A stretch of DNA of 62,740 nt, the filler included, from Basidiobolus ranarum (Eukaryota): NCBI GenBank assembly GCA_040143965.1. It is 42 parts of 42 records of this genome, joined end to end, with 100 filler letters (N's around TTAATTAATTAA, not from the genome) between each part and the next. Parts side by side here need not be neighbours in the genome. Positions count along the whole stretch, not along the records: positions 12,019 to 13,419 come from JASJQH010005297.1; positions 13,520 to 14,920 come from JASJQH010005298.1; positions 15,021 to 16,420 come from JASJQH010005299.1; positions 16,521 to 17,920 come from JASJQH010005300.1; positions 18,021 to 19,419 come from JASJQH010005301.1; positions 19,520 to 20,918 come from JASJQH010005302.1; positions 21,019 to 22,417 come from JASJQH010005303.1; positions 22,518 to 23,916 come from JASJQH010005304.1; 34 more parts are not named here. The stretch is one strand, 5' to 3'. A model generated the notes under the pieces. The model made no database searches. It worked only from the letters and a program-made list of their open reading frames with translations, and was not told the origin of the DNA. Below are positions 12,795-24,685 of the stretch, in pieces. How positions within the stretch are numbered: position 1 is the stretch's first letter; every line of letters begins with the position of its first letter. A program made the translations under genes and the position numbers.

Positions 12795-13168
12795 TATTGG
12801 GAAAATATGGGCTGTTTGGAGGACCTTAGAACATGGAATTGAGAATAGCTTTGTGAGATAATTGTTTACTGTGCATAAATAGGGTATTTAAACATTTGGT
12901 GGAAATACTGAAAACTAATACTGGTGTTGTGTTCAGAACATCTGCAGGTGTAAAATGAGCTACTTTTGGGGCTATCTGGACAAGTTTGAAATTTCCAATA
13001 TGGAATTGCTAATTGTCACATTATTCACATATATATATAATATATATTCCTATTTGCAGTTAAGTGATAATTAACTAAGTAATGATAACTAACTTATATG
13101 TGATATATGAAATAGTTTGGTGTATAAAGGTAGAGATAACAAATATGATTAAGACATTAACTTCAACA
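12795..13168 (-). repeat. Copia 5' LTR family A (374 bp, TGTTG...CAATA)
   Basis: Abuts the PBS; second full copy at 45870-46247. Confidence 0.9.
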
Positions 13169-13519
13169 ATTATTACATTGGTGATATTTAATCCTTCTAC
13201 TTCCCTACATTGTCTACATAGGCAAGAAACATCTTCTCTCCCTAGACAATTGCTATTACTTCTATCCTTATTCAAAAGCCTACCAGTGGAGCTTACTGTT
13301 ATTTTCAATTAGATATATCCACTTTGTCTAATCATTGTCAAAGGATTGAAGTCAGTATGCTTTTATCAAGTGCCAGCATATCATTCAACAGAAACATGAC
13401 ATTACACTGTTGTTGTTCCNNNNNNNNNNNNNNNNNNNNNNNNNNNNNNNNNNNNNNNNNNNNTTAATTAATTAANNNNNNNNNNNNNNNNNNNNNNNNN
13501 NNNNNNNNNNNNNNNNNNN

Positions 13520-13875
13520 TCTTAAATCTGATATATCTGAGGATTCAAATATTATGACATATGTAAATGGTGTCAAGAAACTTGCCAAGCAACTGGAATC
13601 AATGAATTATGAAATACCTGAAATGAATATGATTCTTACAATAATTAATGGTCTCTCTGAATCATATTCAGTCCTTGTACTCACTTTGGATGCAAATGGG
13701 GATAATCATACTCAGCACTATTTGATTGCTTATCTATGTCAATAAAAATTTAAAAGGAAAGAGAAAAGTCAACTTGCAGATGAAACAAAAACTATGTGGA
13801 TATTCTATTCTGGAAATAGCTGACCAAAGAGGAGCACTGTGTAATGTCACAAATGTGGAAAACTGGGACATGTAG
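13520..13875 (+). mobile_element. Ty1/Copia gag fragment
   Basis: UBN2-like gag (IINGLSESYS) and zinc knuckle CHKCGKLGHV, interrupted by an LTR. Confidence 0.8.
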
Positions 13876-14223
13876 TGTGAAAGTATTTGGGAATCTGATG
13901 GAAGTGCTTGGCAGAATTAGAGAAATTGATGCTTTTGACTTATTGATCTATAAAGTAGAAAGTTGACATTTATAGAATTATCAAGATATAAACAAACTAA
14001 GTTGTAGATTGTCATAAGGAAGGTCCCAGGAGCATCTGTGCAAAAATTGGGGCTTCTAGCACAAGTCTGAAGAATCTATATATCTGGGAACTTCTGAGTT
14101 GGTAAAGATGTTCTGAGTAAATTCCAATTGAAAGTGATGCGTAATATCTTAGTTCAATATAGGATAACTAAATATTAAGTTATATATGACTATATAGGTG
14201 TTTAGGTAATGCTAATTTCAACA
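13876..14223 (-). repeat. Solo LTR family B (348 bp) with 5-bp TSD TGTAG/TATAG
   Basis: Matches 9920-10268; the host zinc knuckle resumes after the TSD (A-H-D). Confidence 0.88.
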
Positions 14224-14237
14224 TATAGCACATGATT

Positions 14238-14811
14238 CCCTAACAAAAGTAAAATAAATTTGATCTGGATCAGATCCACCCTTCTGGAGCACAAAACCAT
14301 CAGAGGTCCATTATAATATTGGTGGCTTACATTCTGCCAGATATTTACATGGTATGATGGTGGTTTCTTGACAGTATTATGATAGCAATTATACATGGTG
14401 AAATATTAATCCTCACACTTAGCATGCAAAATATAATTTTCAACAATTATTGGAAAAACCTAATTTTGAATGCCAAATTACTGGGTTTTCTGCTATAGGA
14501 CTTCAAATTAATATGTATGCCTGTATTTAGAAATTTTAGGCTTTGTATTCCAGCCATAAAACAAATTAAAAAATACAAGAATCTTATTGTTTTTAGTCAC
14601 TACATATGCACATACTTGACTGATCAGACAGAAGGGAAAAACATCGATATGCTTTATCAGCAAACTAACAGTGGAAAAATTGCCAAACATTTGAAATTTA
14701 GAGTAGCACTGACACTTGGCAAATAGCTGACTCTTGCTGCTATTAACAATGAGAATAAGCTCTTGGATTTTGGCAAATTTCTATCAAAGATTCAGCCACA
14801 ATATCCGCAAC
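14238..14811 (-). mobile_element. CACTA right end with TIR
   Basis: Begins CCCTAACAAAAGTAAAAT on the plus strand; transposase C-terminus on minus. Confidence 0.88.
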
Positions 14812-14920
14812 TGTCATGATTCTGATCTTGGCATACTGATCCACTGCATATGGAACTCTTCTATTATTAGATTATGACATCATATCTACTGTGCCATCCC
14901 TTCTTGGCAATCTGGTGTCA
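14812..14920 (+). repeat. Gypsy LTR family D, 5' end (TGTCATG...)
   Basis: Same start as 19197; overlaps 56082-56557 and 37714-37956. Confidence 0.85.
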
Positions 14921-15020
14921 NNNNNNNNNNNNNNNNNNNNNNNNNNNNNNNNNNNNNNNNNNNNTTAATTAATTAANNNNNNNNNNNNNNNNNNNNNNNN
15001 NNNNNNNNNNNNNNNNNNNN

Positions 15021-16420
15021 ATTCTTATGGCATCAACTCACATTGGCAGATCTCAGGCAGAAACAGTAACTGTGCAAAGATTTTCTAATTGGATATGAAA
15101 ATGTCCATTACAGGTTTAAAGAAGATAGACTGAATCTATGCTAGTATTCAAAACATTTGCTGCTACATCTTTCACAATGCTAGAGATTAGTGGCCCTTGC
15201 TATATATTCTGGGAGCTCACAATGGAATGCACCTGTAGTGAAATGATACTCCATGTGAAATTATCAGTACTATCATATGCTAATCTGATTAACAATATAT
15301 CAGCAAAATTAGTGATGGATGGATTGAAATGAGCAAAGGAGACTCCAGAGTATATTAACCTTCCAATAATGGGCTCTTTTCAATGTGCTCATAGGCTATT
15401 GTATTGTTTGAGCACAGTAACAGCAACAAAGCCTAATCCATGGACATAGAGCAAGTACCTCTATAATTTGGACTAATTTGTCTGTGTAAAAATCTGATGG
15501 TATTTCTAGGAAAGCTGTAAGACTGACTTATTGGTGAGATAGATTGAGATATGCAGTATTGTTGTTTTAGCCATGGGTTAATATATTCAAACAATGACAC
15601 ATCTCCCTAACAGAAACTTGAGGATTGTTATTGTAGCAAAAAAACTATCACAATGTTAATCCATTTAGGATTGACTGTTTACTTACCATCATAAAATTGT
15701 CAAGTTAGATTTGATTTTAATCAGTTTTTTCAGTTTCAGAAGTGAAATTTCAAGTTCTTGTAAAATAGTTGTGCATGATTGGCTACAATCTCGGAGAACT
15801 AAGGATCAACACATGTGCAAAAAATGTAACTCAAATTTTACACAATTACCACTTGAACACCAATTTGTCATCTTCAAAATCCCTAGTCTCTTTGATATAT
15901 TCTCCTGAATACTTTTATAGAGTTCTTCATACCCAAGGTTTATCTCATACCCAACACAAGTTTGTATCAATATCTCCATCAAAGCCCACCATTGTATTAA
16001 TGTTGTTGAATCAACATTCTTCCAGCTATCTGGCAGATACCCTGCAAGATTGTGCCACTCTGTATTAAGTTCTTCCCAGATATCTGCGTGGTCAACACCA
16101 CATTGAATGTCAAGTTGAATTTTCTTCTTCTGAAGCCACTTTCTGCATACTTGCACTGCATTTTTCCTTTCATACTTTTGAAAATACTCCTCAAGCACTT
16201 GGACTATTTTTGTATGTCCTTGTAGTGTGACACTACTGAGGGTGCTCTGCAGTGTTTGTGCAGCTTTTTGCTTGCCTTTAACTTTGGGGCTGATTTCAAC
16301 ACTTTGAAAAGTACCAGTTGAGGTTGAAGAGCCATGAGTTTTATTTGCTGGTGTTTTGGCTTGTTGAGAGGTGCCAGGTGTTGGATAAACTTCCAAATTT
16401 AGCACTCTTCCAACTGGTAT
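15021..16420 (+). mobile_element. CACTA transposase fragment (15021-15604) interrupted by the left end of another copy (15605-16420) carrying the ORF2 C-terminal part on minus (15806-16405)
   Basis: TIR CCCTAACAGAAAC at 15605; 199-aa minus-strand ORF also seen at 18021-18360 and 39820-40378. Confidence 0.9.
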
Positions 16421-16520
16421 NNNNNNNNNNNNNNNNNNNNNNNNNNNNNNNNNNNNNNNNNNNNTTAATTAATTAANNNNNNNNNNNNNNNNNNNNNNNN
16501 NNNNNNNNNNNNNNNNNNNN

Positions 16521-17028
16521 TGGATATTTCTCAAAATTGAACTTCTTCATTTGGTGAATGTACCCTTTTTCTTTTAAGCCGTGTAGTTTTGAACGTTCTT
16601 CGACACCCAGGTTCATATCGTAAATTACAATCCTAGGCATCTCTGACTTGTCTAGAAATAATTTTGTATCATGAAGCGAGTAGAGAAATCCAAGCAATGG
16701 GCAAAAGTGATTAGAACTTGCGGCGGTAACGATGGTATATCTGAACTCACTAGGAGAATCTTTTACTTGACATCCTACAGATTGAAATTAGTAAGGAATT
16801 TACTAATTGAAAACAAGAGACGTGCATACCTTCACCACAGTCTATCTCTTCTCTAAATTCTTGTAACAATATCAAGCTGAACAAAATCACTCCAATCAGT
16901 AGCACAGCCATTGGTAGCAAAATAATTTTCTTGATGGAAAAATATGAATATCCACTTTCGTGGCGAGCGTTCACCCTCTCATAGGGAATCGAAGCCTTCT
17001 CCTTCTCTTTCTTCAGGTTGAACATCAT
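16521..17028 (-). CDS. Type II membrane protein with DUF1647-like (putative glycosyltransferase) domain; intron 16775-16829; 3' truncated
   Basis: N-terminal TM helix; GTATGC...TACTAAT...TAG intron restores the frame; motifs IVTAASSNHF, IVIYDMNL, FNFEKYP. Confidence 0.75.
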
Positions 17029-18020
17029 CGAGATGTAGGTCAAGAATAAATACAATGATCAGGAATAAAACAATATACTACCACGCTCTATATGGTAATC
17101 GAACAAGATACAAGATATGTCGCAATATGTAAAACGAATAAGGTCCTTCTTATATAAGACTCCTAGTAAATATCCGATATCTACGAGCTTCCAAACAAAG
17201 CAGTAACGGCAGGTAGCAAGGAAGATTTATGATACAAATGGAAAGGAAGATCCAAGAGCCAAATAGTTAACTAGATTGGGTAGCAAGAGGAGACTTGGCA
17301 CTGAAAATCAAGGCTTTGATTCCTGTTTAAGTAGGTTACCGTAAAATAGCTATTAGAAAAAGACCTGCTTTTCTGCACAGCTTATCCGCATACACTAAGC
17401 TCTTGAAGGGCGCATTGCCTTGACTCTTTATATAAATTCAATCCTAAGAAAAGTTGTACTGCTAAAGATGTAGGGAACACCGATACCATATTATACTATA
17501 TATTTACTAGCTCGTTTTGCCTCTGTAGTCTCCCATAGCAGCTCCCCTGCATTTTATTGTCCTAACTGGACTTTTACTGGCTGGGGTACGTACTACAAGC
17601 CAATACTTGTGTCTATAACATTACACATGTGTAGTTCGAACACTTAGGAGTCATTGCATGTGTAACATGAAAGTGTGATTCAATAACGTTCAGTCTCATA
17701 TCCATTTAAGTTACCATAATCGATTGAGAATTGCAATGCTGAGTTTGAATATAACAAAGCTAACGCTATCTAGTGAATCTGATGTAATAAGAAATCACAA
17801 GAACAGAGGTGTGCGTAAAGAAATAGTTGCCGATATACACACCTGCACTTGAAGCTTTAACCAATAAGATGAATCTACCTAAATCTCCTCACTCACCCAC
17901 CAGAGGCATTTTAACCCAATNNNNNNNNNNNNNNNNNNNNNNNNNNNNNNNNNNNNNNNNNNNNTTAATTAATTAANNNNNNNNNNNNNNNNNNNNNNNN
18001 NNNNNNNNNNNNNNNNNNNN

Positions 18021-19196
18021 GAAAGTGGCTTCAGAAGAAGAACATTGAACTTGACATTCAGTCTGGTGTTGACCATGCAGATATCTGGGAAGAACTTAAT
18101 ACAGAGTGGCACAATATTGCAAGGTATCCACCAGATAGCTGGAAGAATGTTGATTCAGCAACATTAATACAATGGTGGGCTTTGATGGAGATATTGATAC
18201 AAACTTGTGTTGGGTATGAGCAAAATCTTGGGTATGAAGAACTCTATAGAAATATTCAGAAGAATATATCAAAGAGACTATGTATTTCAAAGGTGACAAA
18301 TTAGTGTTCAAGTGGTAATTGTGTAAAATTTGAGTTATGTTTTTTGCACATGTGTTGCTCTTTAGTTCACTGAGATTGTAGCCAATCATGTGCAACTGTA
18401 TTGCAAGATCTTGATATTTGACTTCTGAAACTGAAAAATTGATTAAAATCAAATCTAACTTAATGATTTTATGACAGTAAGTAAATGGTCAATCCCAAAT
18501 AGATTTAAAATGTGATGATTTTCCTATAATAGCAATCCTCAAATTTCTGTTAGAGATTCTGGTAGTGATATCCATCAAGTATATTGGTAATACCATCAGC
18601 TTTACAGTAAGCACTTTGGTATTGGATCAATGATCTATATATGGGTGATTTCATCAAACCTTTAAGATGGGAAATCAATGGTATGTAAGACAAATAAAAA
18701 CAACATTTACCTGATTCAGTGATTGCCAATTGTGTGCAAACAGAACATGACTTCAAGTTTTTCAGATCACTGGTGAAAGCCCAACAATCATTTGGACATG
18801 AAGGCAGTTTAATTACTGTAGGATTATAAGTTATACAATTGACAGGTGTTTGCCACTTGTACCAGGTCTGTGGCAAGCAATGGTTGCCAATCAACTGTGG
18901 TAAAAGTAAAAGATAACCAATAAACACCTGGTTGTTAAGATTGAATTGAAATCTCCACTCCTAAATAATCAAAGCTGCTGCCTTTAGAGTAAGTGTTATG
19001 AATGGACTAATATATGCAAATAACAAAGAGTCCATAACAAAACTGTTGTCTTTTTCTTTAACTTCTGATATACTACCATTGGTATTAAAATAACCAAGGT
19101 CAACATCTATCAGCTAGTTCTCAAAGTTGTCTGGAATTTCTGGTTCAACCAAAGTTGCATTTGACATACATCATTGTGGTCATATAACTGTGGTAA
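18021..19196 (-). mobile_element. CACTA left end (18021-18555) nested in the transposase N-terminal half of another copy (18556-19196)
   Basis: TIR at 18541-18555; Cys cluster CPNDCWAF...CSVC and YIPLISHL typical of Tnp2-like N-termini. Confidence 0.88.
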
Positions 19197-19419
19197 TGTC
19201 ATGATTCTGATCTTGGCATACTGATCCACTACAAATAGAACTTCTCTATTATTAGATTATGACATCATATCTGCTGTGCCATCCCTTCTCAGCAATCTGG
19301 TGTTAGTACATCCAGATTACCTTATATGGAAGTCATGTTCTTTGGAACATTCCATGAAACCTAACCAATCATGTCATCCCACACATAGTGTATTTCCACC
19401 AAGACCTTCCATGGAAGGT
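19197..19419 (+). repeat. Gypsy LTR family D, 5' part
   Basis: Matches 14812-14920 and 56082-56250. Confidence 0.85.
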
Positions 19420-19519
19420 NNNNNNNNNNNNNNNNNNNNNNNNNNNNNNNNNNNNNNNNNNNNTTAATTAATTAANNNNNNNNNNNNNNNNNNNNNNNNN
19501 NNNNNNNNNNNNNNNNNNN

Positions 19520-20535
19520 TTCAGGGGATTCCTCAGTGGTGGAGGTGGCTGATTCAGTTGTAGAGGGTGTAGCCTCAGGGGACTCCGCAGTGGTGGAGGT
19601 GACTGACTCAGTTGTAGAGGGTGTGGTCTCAGCGAATTCCTCAGTAGTGGAGGTAGGTTCCTCAGTTGATGTGATTGTAGTCATGGTGGTAGAGGTAGGT
19701 TCCGGAGTTGTAGAGGAAGGGAGGGATGCTAAGCCTTTGTAAGCTGGTAGTCTGTTACTGAGGCATTGAGCAACAGTAACGAATCGGTATCCCTTAGCCT
19801 TGATGTTGTCAATGATCGTTGGAGTTCTGTCAATACTGAACTTGTGGATATCATGCTGAAGTGATACCCAACTATCCTTGCTAGCGTCAGAGGGACCAAT
19901 CTTATTCATCATATTAACGATGAGTTGATCATACTGATCTGGCTTGCCCATGTATTTCCAGTCATCAGAATCGACGTTCCACTGAATAACAGTATACCCG
20001 AGTTCTTTCATCACTGCTTGGCAGTTTTGGTTGCAATTTCCGTAAGGAGGTCTCATCATAGCAGGAGCAACTCCGATTTTCTGTTGAATCTCAGCCTCGG
20101 TGTCGAGCATCTGTTGTCTAATCTGACTAGCGCTGAGGCTGCTCAAATCCAGATGATCATAGGTATGAGAAGCTATTTGGTGACCAGCGTCATAAGTCTG
20201 CTTAAGGAAATGTCCAATATGACTTTGGGCAACTTGAGATCCCAAGACAAAGAAAGTAGCCTTCACATTCTTCTCGCTCAAAATGCTGAGTAGGCTACCA
20301 GTATATTCACTTGGACCTACAGATTGAAAAAGAAGGAAATAAGTCAGGGATTGAAAGCATGAAACAAAAAAAGGGTAATAATCAATTTGAAGCAATGCTT
20401 ACCATCATCGAAAGTCAAAGCGAAGTCACCAGGCTTATCACACTTGAAGACGAAGCCGTTGCCAGAATCCTGAGCATTAGAAAGGTTTAGGAGTGCAGCA
20501 ACCAGTACTGAATATTGCAACAATGCTTTTGTCAT
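19520..20535 (-). CDS. Secreted CE4 (NodB) chitin/polysaccharide deacetylase with Ser/Thr/Glu-rich repeat tail; intron 20317-20402; 3' truncated
   Basis: Signal peptide; spliced TFDDGP, ATFFVLG, HTYDH, RPPYG, DSDDW, LQHD motifs. Confidence 0.95.
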
Positions 20536-21018
20536 GATTAGAGGATTATCGAAATTTTAATACCAAACCATGAAACAAGTTACTGACTTTTATACAAGAC
20601 ATAGAGCGGAATGCATTATTCTAGTTCGAGATTAATAAATTATCATCAAGCACAAAGTCCATGTGGCGTCAAGTATTCTACAAAGAGTATACTTAGGTCG
20701 AGCCTCTACACCAACTTTGCCATATGAACGATTATATTTAGTAGTGAGGTATGACTTGAACTCTTTTGAATAAATTCAAGCTACAAAAGATGGTAGTATT
20801 AGGTGAATTTAGGACAAAAAGAAGATTCCTGAAATATTTTGGGTAGTATTAAAGTGGATTTCTTTGGACAAATAACCATCCACTTTTCCCTACTTATCCT
20901 TTCTAAAAATAGCAGAAANNNNNNNNNNNNNNNNNNNNNNNNNNNNNNNNNNNNNNNNNNNNTTAATTAATTAANNNNNNNNNNNNNNNNNNNNNNNNNN
21001 NNNNNNNNNNNNNNNNNN

Positions 21019-21345
21019 AGGTCACCTGATCATTCTTACATCATCCTTACATCATCCCTCTTTGTAATGGTCCTTGTAGTCCCTAACACCCCAACTCTCA
21101 AACTTGCCACAGTATATTCCCTATTCAGTATATTATGTTTCACCTTGCAATATCTACATAAGCCCCATGTATTCCTTGATCAGACCTCAGTCTGAACAAT
21201 GCCAGTTATCAATAAAGATTCTTGCCTAAGTATCTTCCTTGTCCAGTCCTGTCTTGTCTTGTCTTGTGGTCTACACCCAAGTACTCTTCTGCCTTTTAGC
21301 CTCTTGTTGTTGTTTCCAGTCCTTGTCCAGTTCCATATTGTGACA
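21019..21345 (+). repeat. Gypsy LTR family D, 3' part (...TGTGACA)
   Basis: Same end as 56557 and 57306. Confidence 0.87.
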
Positions 21346-22260
21346 CCATGAATGTATCCTCTTCCAAGTCCCTATTCAACAAAGCAGTTTTAACATCCAT
21401 TTGATGAATTTTTAAGCTGTGTTTGGCTGCTACTGCTAGTATGGTTCTGATGGAATTAAACTTTGCTACAGGAGCAAAAGTTTCATTGTAGTCGACTCCT
21501 TCTATTTTAGAGTATTGTTTAGCCACAAGTCTGGCTTTATATCTCTCTACAGATCCACTAGCTTGCTGCCTAACTTTAAACACCCATTTGCATCCAAGTG
21601 ATTTTTGGTCATCAGGTAACTTTACCAAAGTCCAAGTTTGGTTATCCATAAGTGACTGATACTCCTGTGCCATTGCAGCACTCCACAACTTAGTGGTGGG
21701 ACTCTCCGTAGCCTCCTGTACTGATTTTGGTTCATCAGCAAAGGCTAAATTAGCACTAGGCTCCTTTTGGCTAGTGTGAGAGTACTAATCAGGTGGAGAT
21801 CTCATGCGATTGGATCTCCTAAGTTGGGAAATTGGCACTACAACTTCTGGTACCAATTCAGGCAATGAAACCACCTCAGGCTTGGTTGAGGACACTGCAG
21901 GTGAGGGATTTTCAATGTTTTTCTCACTGATCAGGATCTGGTGTGAAAAAGAAGAATTTTCATCACTTCTTGGTTGTTTTTCTTGATCCTGGATTGTTTT
22001 GATTGAAAATTTTTCTTCATAAGCAAATTCCAAATCCCTTGACTTGATTAGCCTCTTACTTTCAGTGTCATATAGCCTGTACCCTTTTGTTCCTTCACAA
22101 TATCCCAAAAAAAGACATTTCTGGCTTTTTGGTCTAATTTTGATCTCTTCTGGTCTGGAATCATTGCATATGTGGTACTTCCAAAAACTGTCAGATTAGC
22201 CACATCAGGTTTACTTCCAAACCAAGCTTGATAAGGTGTCATAGCCAATAGAGACCTAGA
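21346..22260 (-). mobile_element. Ty1/Copia integrase C-terminus and RT start
   Basis: GYCEGTKGYRLYD, KWVFKV, YKARLVAK, HQMDVKTA. Confidence 0.93.
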
Positions 22261-22517
22261 CCCTAAACCCTCAGGAATCTCTTCTCTTGCCTAATCATGT
22301 GTTGGACAGATTGAGTACAATGGAGAAGATTATTCAGGAGCTTTTGCTAAGTAACCAAGTGCTTAAGCAAGAGAACCAGGAGCTGTCAACCAGATGTCAG
22401 AACATTGAAAAGATGCTNNNNNNNNNNNNNNNNNNNNNNNNNNNNNNNNNNNNNNNNNNNNTTAATTAATTAANNNNNNNNNNNNNNNNNNNNNNNNNNN
22501 NNNNNNNNNNNNNNNNN

Positions 22518-22698
22518 TCAGGAGTTTGTGTAATAAGATATAATAGATAAGTGGGGGTAATAAGACATACTTGTTGTATAGATATAGAGATATTCCTATT
22601 TAGAATATAGGGGCTATAGATACGTTGCCTTCTGTTTCTGATATATGTATCATAACTAAAGTTAACTATGATGTTGAATAAAGATTAATTATCCAACA
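22518..22698 (+). repeat. LTR family C 3' end (...AATAAA...ATCCAACA)
   Basis: Near-identical to 34497-34683; both interrupt CACTA ORF2 at different sites. Confidence 0.75.
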
Positions 22699-23125
22699 AA
22701 ATCCCATATGAGAATGGAAGGAGGGAGCAGCATATTGGTGTAGCACCGGTACACCATTCTGAAAGTCTTGTATTATTATTGGGAGATGCACTAACTGATA
22801 ACTTGTTGCTTCAAAACACTATATGAATTGCAATATTGCTGCATTATTACTTGTCATAGCCTGTATAGCAACTTTGTAGCTTTTACTTTTGAAGGCATAC
22901 AGATCATTATATTTGAAGGTTGATGGCCTTGATGGTGTTTCTGTTGTGCTTTGCCCAACTATTGCTTAACTATGTAATTGGGGTATTATAATCTCTTCAC
23001 TTGCACTATTACTATAAAGGAATACATCTGGTAAATTGATTAATGCTTCATTGTTACTAGAGTCAGGGCCTGTCATATTAATGCCTTCCAAAGTGGATAG
23101 TGGATTGCCACACTGCTTATCAGTC
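22699..23125 (-). mobile_element. CACTA ORF2 fragment
   Basis: Matches 58375-58880. Confidence 0.8.
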
Positions 23126-23126
23126 T

Positions 23127-23803
23127 AGCCTAAGCATCTATATAGTCATTTATAGCTTAGTAGATAATTATTCAATATTTCATTAAGGCATCATCCACTA
23201 TTCTCAATTGGAACTTAAATAGAATATTTTTCCCAGTTTGGAAGCTCTCAAATACATTTATTTTACAAGCTTTTATTAGAAGTCCTAAACTCTGCAAACA
23301 TGCTCCTGGAACCTTGTATAATATATTCTACACATTTGTTTGCTTACATTGTGGCTAAATTGTTCATGTCAACTTCCAACTCTATAAATTAACTAGTGAA
23401 ATAACTAATTTCTCTAGTTCTCCCAACCACTTCCAACAAGCTCCCAAAATACTTCAACATCACATAAGTAAGATGATAGATACCTGCCTTCAAAGAAGTT
23501 AGATCAGCAATAAGTCAAATACAACTATTAATATTGTTGAAATTAGCATTGCCTAAGCACCTATATGGTCATATATAGCTCAGTATTTAGTTTTCCTATA
23601 TTGAATGAAGCTATTACCCATAATTTTCAATTGGAATTTACTTCAAATACTTTTACCAACTTGGAATTTCTCAGATATGTAGATTTTTGAAACTTGTGCT
23701 AGAAGCCCCAAACCTTGCACACATGTTCCTAGGACCTTCCTTAGCATATTCTACATGTTGGTTTGTTTACATCTGGACAAAAGTATAAATGTCAACTTTC
23801 TAC
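23127..23803 (+). repeat. Two partial LTR family B copies (23127-23459; 23535-~23803)
   Basis: Match 9920-10268; termini CTTCAACA and TGTTGAAATTAGC. Confidence 0.82.
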
Positions 23804-24685
23804 TCCTTTCAAAGTCTCAAACTAAGCAGATGAGCCTATACAGCTATACAACAATTCATACCTGAAAGGTATCAAAAGAAAATACCGAGTTTTTCAAACT
23901 ATCCACAAGAATCTAANNNNNNNNNNNNNNNNNNNNNNNNNNNNNNNNNNNNNNNNNNNNTTAATTAATTAANNNNNNNNNNNNNNNNNNNNNNNNNNNN
24001 NNNNNNNNNNNNNNNNACAACATAAATCTCTTCCATACCAACCGAAAATTATACCACGTTGGTTCCATATACTCTCTCTGTTTCACCAAAGTTTATCCCA
24101 CTAAACAAAGTAAGCTTTTTTGAATTGGTTGATTATATTAGCATATTAGACCCGATACTTGGTTAGTAGCTGATCAATATGTATAACGCTTAGGGTTAGG
24201 GTATACGTTTAGCAATTATATATTGCCTAATATGGGACATTTGATAGTGTATATATGAATTCTCCCTTTCATATTCCCATTAGCGTCACACTCCATAACT
24301 ATTAAGAAACTGAATACAAATAACCAAGTAGTCACCTTAAATCACCAGTTCGGGGCAAACTATTAGTAAGGTGAACTCCACGACTTCAACCCTAACCCTA
24401 TTGGCTTGTAGAATGGTACATTGATTCTAGGTGTTATTCAACCTCAATATATTTCATAAGGCTAACCCTTTCTGAATATTTGAATGATCTACTAGGCAGT
24501 TGATTTAGATAATTTGATCTAAATATATTCATGAAAAGTGAGCTAGTATGGCGCATTCAGGTACAAATATAACATGGTATAGCTGATATGAGCGATTAAA
24601 CTTCTTGCGACTTTACTATTGATATGTCTCTAAGCTACTAACCTGCAGCTTACTGATACAAGGTAGAAAGGAATCATTGAGAGAG

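Noticed and set aside
15769-16068. Recurrent ORF MIGYNL.EL.INTCAKN.TQIL (also 8646, 18096) as a third CACTA gene
   Set aside because: Antisense to the longer ORF2 frame, variable starts and stops among copies, no motif.
22261-22417. CCCTAAACCCT followed by a short coiled-coil ORF interrupting Copia integrase
   Set aside because: Does not match the CACTA TIR beyond 6 bp and is single-copy here; probably another repeat but cannot be classified.
24190-24400. Inverted short telomere-like repeats (TTAGGG)2 at 24190 and CCCTAACCCTA at 24390
   Set aside because: Only two units each and internal to the contig; insufficient for a telomere or an element boundary.
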